From Ignicoccus islandicus DSM 13165 (GTDB lineage: Archaea > Thermoproteota > Thermoprotei_A > Sulfolobales > Ignicoccaceae), in contig NZ_CP006867.1 in assembly GCF_001481685.1 (NCBI RefSeq), positions 1,260,001 to 1,292,000 of the forward strand: a stretch of DNA of 32,000 nt. The letters run 5' to 3'. The position numbers and the translations under genes were made by a program. Shown here in pieces: positions 27,744 to 32,000 of the stretch. The notes below the pieces were generated by a model, which did not search any database, was not told where the DNA came from, and was given only the letters and a program-made list of their open reading frames with translations. Position 1 is the stretch's first letter. Every line of letters begins with the position of its first letter.

Positions 27744-28601
27744 GTGGAAATTAACGTGACATTGTACTTCGGCGACGAAAGAAACGAGTCTTCGCCTTTC
27801 GTCGTATTAGGTTTCCCCGCAGACTTCACGGCTTCCTTCCGGTGTGGTTCGAGGGAAGCCCCTATAAGGGTTAGAGAAGCGTCTAAATTTATAGAATTTC
27901 GATCGATTCTAACGAATTTGAACATGGATGACGTTCTGTATGATGACGTAGGTGACGTACCTGTCGTTTACGGCGATATAGTTAGTTCGCTCAGAAATTT
28001 GGAAACTATGTTACTGGGATTAGAAGAATCTAAGGTACCAATAATTATCGGAGGTGAACATACGCTCACCTATTCATCCAGGGTTCTAAAGTACGATTGC
28101 CTATTAGTATTTGATGCGCATTTAGACCTAAGGGAAGAGTACTTAGGATACAAATGGAGCCATGCATCGTGGTTACTTAGGCTTTTAGAAACGGAAAACA
28201 ATCTCACTGTTGGTATATACGGATTTAGAGTATATGACGACCAAGAGATACTCAACGGAAAAAGAAATGGAGTTGACTTCTTGTTTACGCGTTCCCACCT
28301 AAATAAATGGCTAAGTAAATGTAAGAACGGTATCTACGTAAGCATAGATATGGACGTTTTAGATCCATCCATAGCCCCGGGCGTTAGTAATCCCGAACCG
28401 GGTGGACTAACTCTTCACGAGCTTCTCGCAGCGCTAAGAGATGCCCTTTCAAAGGTGCCTCTGAGGGGCATGGACGTGGTTGAAGTTTGTCCTCCTTGCG
28501 ACAAGGGCAACGTCACGTCCATCTTAGCTGCCAAATTGATAGTCGAAGTTACGAGCCTTCATTACGCGTTCTGGATTAAAAATAAAAAGAAGCTCTGGTA
28601 A
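27744..28601 (+). CDS. Ureohydrolase (agmatinase/arginase family)
   Basis: GGEHTLTYS, VFDAHLDLR, SIDMDVLDPSIAPGVSNPEPGGL metal-binding motifs. Confidence 0.95.
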   Translation: MEINVTLYFGDERNESSPFVVLGFPADFTASFRCGSREAPIRVREASKFIEFRSILTNLNMDDVLYDDVGDVPVVYGDIVSSLRNLETMLLGLEESKVPIIIGGEHTLTYSSRVLKYDCLLVFDAHLDLREEYLGYKWSHASWLLRLLETENNLTVGIYGFRVYDDQEILNGKRNGVDFLFTRSHLNKWLSKCKNGIYVSIDMDVLDPSIAPGVSNPEPGGLTLHELLAALRDALSKVPLRGMDVVEVCPPCDKGNVTSILAAKLIVEVTSLHYAFWIKNKKKLW

Positions 28602-28621
28602 CGAGAAACATCCAATGAGAT

Positions 28622-29572
28622 TTATTGGGTATTCTTATTCTCCTTTTCTAGAATTTTTATTAGTTCCTTATACCTATTCCTAACGGTAACCTCCGTCACG
28701 CCCGCTACTTGGGCTATCTCCTTCTGAGTTCTCCTTTCACCTTTTTGCATTACCGCAATATATATTGCTGCAGCAGCTATACCGGCTGGGTCTTTTCCGG
28801 CAGTAATTGCGTGACCCTTAACTTTCTTCATAATATTTATCGCCTCGGCTATGATATCGCCTCTGAGACCTAGTTGTTGACCTATTCTAGGTATGTGATC
28901 TATGGGATCAGTAATCGGGATGTCTAACTTGAGTTCCTTAAGCATGAGCCTGTAACATCTAGCCATATCTTTTCTATTAACACCTAACGCCTTCGAAATT
29001 TCATCGAGAGTTCTAGGTTGATGGTGTATCCTACAAGCCGCGTAAATTACTGCCGCTACGACGGATTCTATGCTTCTACCCCTTACAAGTCCTTTCTCGA
29101 CGGCTTTCCTATATATTACTGCTGCCTCTTCTTTTATCTGCTTTGGTAGACCAAGTATGTTTGCAAACTTATCTAATTCGTTCATAGCTATTGTTAGGTT
29201 TCTATCCATACCAGTCTGCATTCTAGTTCTCATTTGCCATTTACGCCACCGAAGAACCTCCATTCTTCTCCTAGCGTCAAGTCTCCTACCAAGAGCGTCT
29301 CTATCCCTATGATCAATTATAGTCGAAATACCTTGATCGTGAAGGGTTGGTGAAAGGGGGGCACCAGTTCTACCTCTCCTCTCCCTTTCCTCAGGGGTGA
29401 AGGCCCTCCATTCGGGCCCTTGATCGATGTACTTATCCATTATTACGGTACCGCACCTAGCACAGACGTACTCACCGGTATCTTCTTTAAATATTATGTC
29501 AGTACTACCACACACGGGGCACCGCAAGGGTTGCTTCTCTTCCGAGTGTTGGGCGCCGACATCGGGTGACAC
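28622..29572 (-). CDS. tfb: Transcription initiation factor B (TFB)
   Basis: Zinc ribbon [22 protein letters not shown]-reader GPEWRAF, two cyclin repeats. Confidence 0.97.
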   Translation of the reverse strand: MSPDVGAQHSEEKQPLRCPVCGSTDIIFKEDTGEYVCARCGTVIMDKYIDQGPEWRAFTPEERERRGRTGAPLSPTLHDQGISTIIDHRDRDALGRRLDARRRMEVLRWRKWQMRTRMQTGMDRNLTIAMNELDKFANILGLPKQIKEEAAVIYRKAVEKGLVRGRSIESVVAAVIYAACRIHHQPRTLDEISKALGVNRKDMARCYRLMLKELKLDIPITDPIDHIPRIGQQLGLRGDIIAEAINIMKKVKGHAITAGKDPAGIAAAAIYIAVMQKGERRTQKEIAQVAGVTEVTVRNRYKELIKILEKENKNTQ

Positions 29573-29814
29573 AACTCAACACCCCATTAAGATGGTCCAT
29601 AATTGAAACACCAGTATTGCTTAAAAGTTTATCCCTAAAGCTTTAATCCCCTCCAAATTAACTAATATGTATTACCCGTACCCGTTACGGGTGTAGAGGC
29701 TTCGGAGGTATCAAGGACAAGCTAGCATGTTACGCGAGATTAATTAGGATAGAACATACTCTTTTCAGTTTACCGTTCGCGTATTCTGGAGCGATACTCG
29801 TTAGACCACCCAAC

Positions 29815-30579
29815 TTGAAAGAGTTCATATTAATCCTAACAGCGCTGTTTGGAATAAGAGCTTATTCATTGATAATAAACAATCTTCTCGATATTAACAT
29901 AGATAGAGCTAACCCTAGGACGGCGAATAGACCTTTACCAAGCGGTTGCGTAAGCGTCATCGAAGCCATTACCTTAGGCATTCTATCACTTATCCTATAC
30001 TTCATCTCTGCCGCGCTTCTCAACTATTACGCTCTATTACTTTCTCCTATCTTTCCTATACTATCTACCATATACCCTCTACTCAAGAGATGTTGTCCTA
30101 TAGCCCATTTCTGGTTAGGAGCTATACTAGGAAGCTCGGTAATAGGAGGTTCTATCGCAGTTAGCGGTGATGCACCGACCCTAATAGATGCGTTGGGGAG
30201 GGTTCCCTGGATATACGTGATAAGCGTTTGGTTATGGGTGGCGTCGTTTGATTCGATATATGCTATTGAAGATATTGAATTTGATAGGAAATATGGTCTT
30301 CATAGCGTTCCAGCCGACTATGGAATAGAAAAGACTAAAGCCATCGTTGAGTTCTCTTCACTCATTTTCTCCGCACTAATGATATGGAGCATGAAAGTGT
30401 ACTCGTTAAACGTATTTTCCTCGCTATTAATGGCATACGGTTTAGGAACGTACTGGAAGTTAATTGGAATGTTGGAACTTGATCCCTATGAGGCCGCAAG
30501 CAAAAGCTTGAATGTTAACGTAAAGGTTGGCGTTGCTTTAGGAGTGGCCCCTCTTTTGAAGCTATTGCCACTAATGTAG
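29815..30579 (+). CDS. UbiA-family prenyltransferase (coding sequence probably begins upstream of this start)
   Basis: NNLLDINIDRANPRTANRPLPSG active-site motif; in-frame RLIRIEHTLFSLPFAYSGAILVRPPN lies upstream of the TTG at 29815. Confidence 0.9.
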   Translation: MKEFILILTALFGIRAYSLIINNLLDINIDRANPRTANRPLPSGCVSVIEAITLGILSLILYFISAALLNYYALLLSPIFPILSTIYPLLKRCCPIAHFWLGAILGSSVIGGSIAVSGDAPTLIDALGRVPWIYVISVWLWVASFDSIYAIEDIEFDRKYGLHSVPADYGIEKTKAIVEFSSLIFSALMIWSMKVYSLNVFSSLLMAYGLGTYWKLIGMLELDPYEAASKSLNVNVKVGVALGVAPLLKLLPLM

Positions 30580-30614
30580 TTTTCAAATAATTGTAGGTAA
30601 CGTAGTTCTCATCT

Positions 30615-31238
30615 TCACATAACGTAATTTTTCCAATACCCTTCTTGAACTTCTTCAAGATCTATGCATATTTCTCGGGTTCTTACAGTTCTATCCTTCC
30701 ACTTCTTCTTAGGTCTAACATCTGGGTATAGATACATTCGTCCATCGATTATCAAATATCTTATAACTCTTCTCTTATCCTTTACCCAAGGGAACCTCTC
30801 TCTCCATTCCTTAAACGAATCGTTACTGATTACTATTCCATATTCGTTCTCGGCGGTTGCAAGAATGAAGTAGTCAGCTGGAGTATTAGGTGGTGCTTGT
30901 ATTACCCTTCCAAGTTCTATCAACTTATCGAGCTTATCAGGCTTATCTATTTTATGACGTAGAGAGGCATCCGCGATCGCTATTACTTTAAACCCCCTTT
31001 CTTCGAGCGTCTTAATGGCTATCAAAGCCCTCTCAATACTTCCTTTCTTAGACTTTTTCTCACCATATAAAGCTATGTTAGATATATCTAAAACAGCGAC
31101 GTTCTGCGGTACCTTAATCTTGATGTTTTGGTTTTCCCTCTTCCTTTCGATTAATCTTTTCAAATACGGAAATGCGGTAATATACAATATACTGGTTAAG
31201 CTCGCAATAAGCGCCGCAATGACTATTTCGATCATCAA
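30615..31238 (-). CDS. Membrane-anchored NYN/Zc3h12a-like putative ribonuclease
   Basis: N-terminal TM segment MMIEIVIAALIASLTSILYITAF; VAVLDISNIALYG, NTPADYFILATAE, GIVISNDSFKEW. Confidence 0.7.
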   Translation of the reverse strand: MMIEIVIAALIASLTSILYITAFPYLKRLIERKRENQNIKIKVPQNVAVLDISNIALYGEKKSKKGSIERALIAIKTLEERGFKVIAIADASLRHKIDKPDKLDKLIELGRVIQAPPNTPADYFILATAENEYGIVISNDSFKEWRERFPWVKDKRRVIRYLIIDGRMYLYPDVRPKKKWKDRTVRTREICIDLEEVQEGYWKNYVM

Positions 31239-31312
31239 TTGTTATCCGAAGGTGAAACATCAATGAAGATTAAAGTAGAGTGCTGAGATATTCTTAAAAG
31301 GGTTATTTGGGT

Positions 31313-32000
31313 TTGAAAATTGCCGTACCAAGCAAAGGGAGACTTAGAGACAAGACGCTGGAACTTCTCGAAGCTGCTGGTTTCGGAACGATATACGCTG
31401 ATCCTAGGGCCTTGATCATTCCAACTAAGTATAATGGGATTGACTTGGTATTTGTGCGTCCGGAAGACATTCCTTGGATCGTAGAAAGCGGTGCTGCCCA
31501 AATGGGTATTACTGGCCACGATTACGTTGTAGAGGCGGGGGTTGAGGTAGAAGAAGTTCTGGATCTAGGTTACGGAAATTCGCGACTCGTTCTCGCAGTT
31601 CCCAATAATCTTGGTATTGAAAAAGCAGAAGAATTACCCGAAGGTACAAGGGTTGCTACTAAGTTCGTAAATATTTCCAAGAAGTTTATAAACGAAAGAA
31701 ACCTTAAGTGGAAAATAATTAAGATCAGTGGATCCGCCGAAATAATGCCTGGACTAGGGGCTGCAGATGCGATAATTGACATTTCCTCTACCGGCACCAC
31801 GCTCCGGCTTCACGGATTAAAGGCTATAGAAGTACTATTGGAGAGTAGTGCGAGATTAATAGTTAATAAAGAGTTCGTTAACGACGATAAGGTCGAGCTA
31901 GTGAAAACAATGATAGAAGGTGTCTTAAAGGCTCGGAAGAAGAAGTTACTAATGATGAACGTTCCTGAGAGAAGTCTAAAGGAGGTCTTGTCTGTACTAC
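31313..32000 (+). CDS. hisG: ATP phosphoribosyltransferase, truncated by the window end
   Basis: TTG start; reads MKIAVPSKGRLRDKTLELLEAAGFG...FVRPEDIPWIVESGAAQMGITGHDYV...GLGAADAIIDISSTGTTLRLHGL. Confidence 0.95.
   Translation, partial: MKIAVPSKGRLRDKTLELLEAAGFGTIYADPRALIIPTKYNGIDLVFVRPEDIPWIVESGAAQMGITGHDYVVEAGVEVEEVLDLGYGNSRLVLAVPNNLGIEKAEELPEGTRVATKFVNISKKFINERNLKWKIIKISGSAEIMPGLGAADAIIDISSTGTTLRLHGLKAIEVLLESSARLIVNKEFVNDDKVELVKTMIEGVLKARKKKLLMMNVPERSLKEVLSVL

Noticed and set aside
30615-31238. VapC-type toxin-antitoxin pair
   Set aside because: No adjacent small antitoxin gene, and the protein has an N-terminal TM helix and longer nuclease domain than VapC.
1-32000. CRISPR arrays, rRNA genes, IS elements, long tandem repeats
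   Set aside because: Looked for regularly spaced repeats, rRNA signatures and transposase motifs; none seen.

Overview
The window is a gene-dense, essentially complete stretch of archaeal chromosome. Gene content (TFB, NAC-alpha, beta-CASP RNase, S6e, TmcA, Rad50, Rnl3-type RNA ligase, XerA-type recombinase, intron-containing tRNA) points to a hyperthermophilic Thermoproteota/Crenarchaeota lineage; an Ignicoccus-like organism is only a guess. Most of the DNA is housekeeping: hemC-hemL, cystathionine gamma-synthase-like enzyme, acetolactate synthase pair, molybdopterin oxidoreductase, ureohydrolase, archaemetzincin, UbiA-family prenyltransferase, 5' part of hisG. Two tRNAs are readable by eye: Ser(CGA) on the minus strand and Thr(CGT) with a 27-nt intron, both with encoded CCA. 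I found no CRISPR array, no rRNA and no convincing provirus. The spots most worth a second look are: (1) two tandem small membrane ORFs lying exactly antisense to a ~100-aa C-terminal extension of the Xer recombinase; (2) a degenerate TFB-like paralog without zinc-binding cysteines; (3) a three-tier hairpin at 4606-4656; (4) a C/D-box-sRNA-like element at 5330-5390; (5) a PLD-like protein with membrane segments inserted in the domain; (6) a DUF5658-like/ABC ATPase gene pair; (7) a UbiA gene whose conserved N-terminus lies upstream of any usual start codon. I see no unambiguous new multi-gene system.
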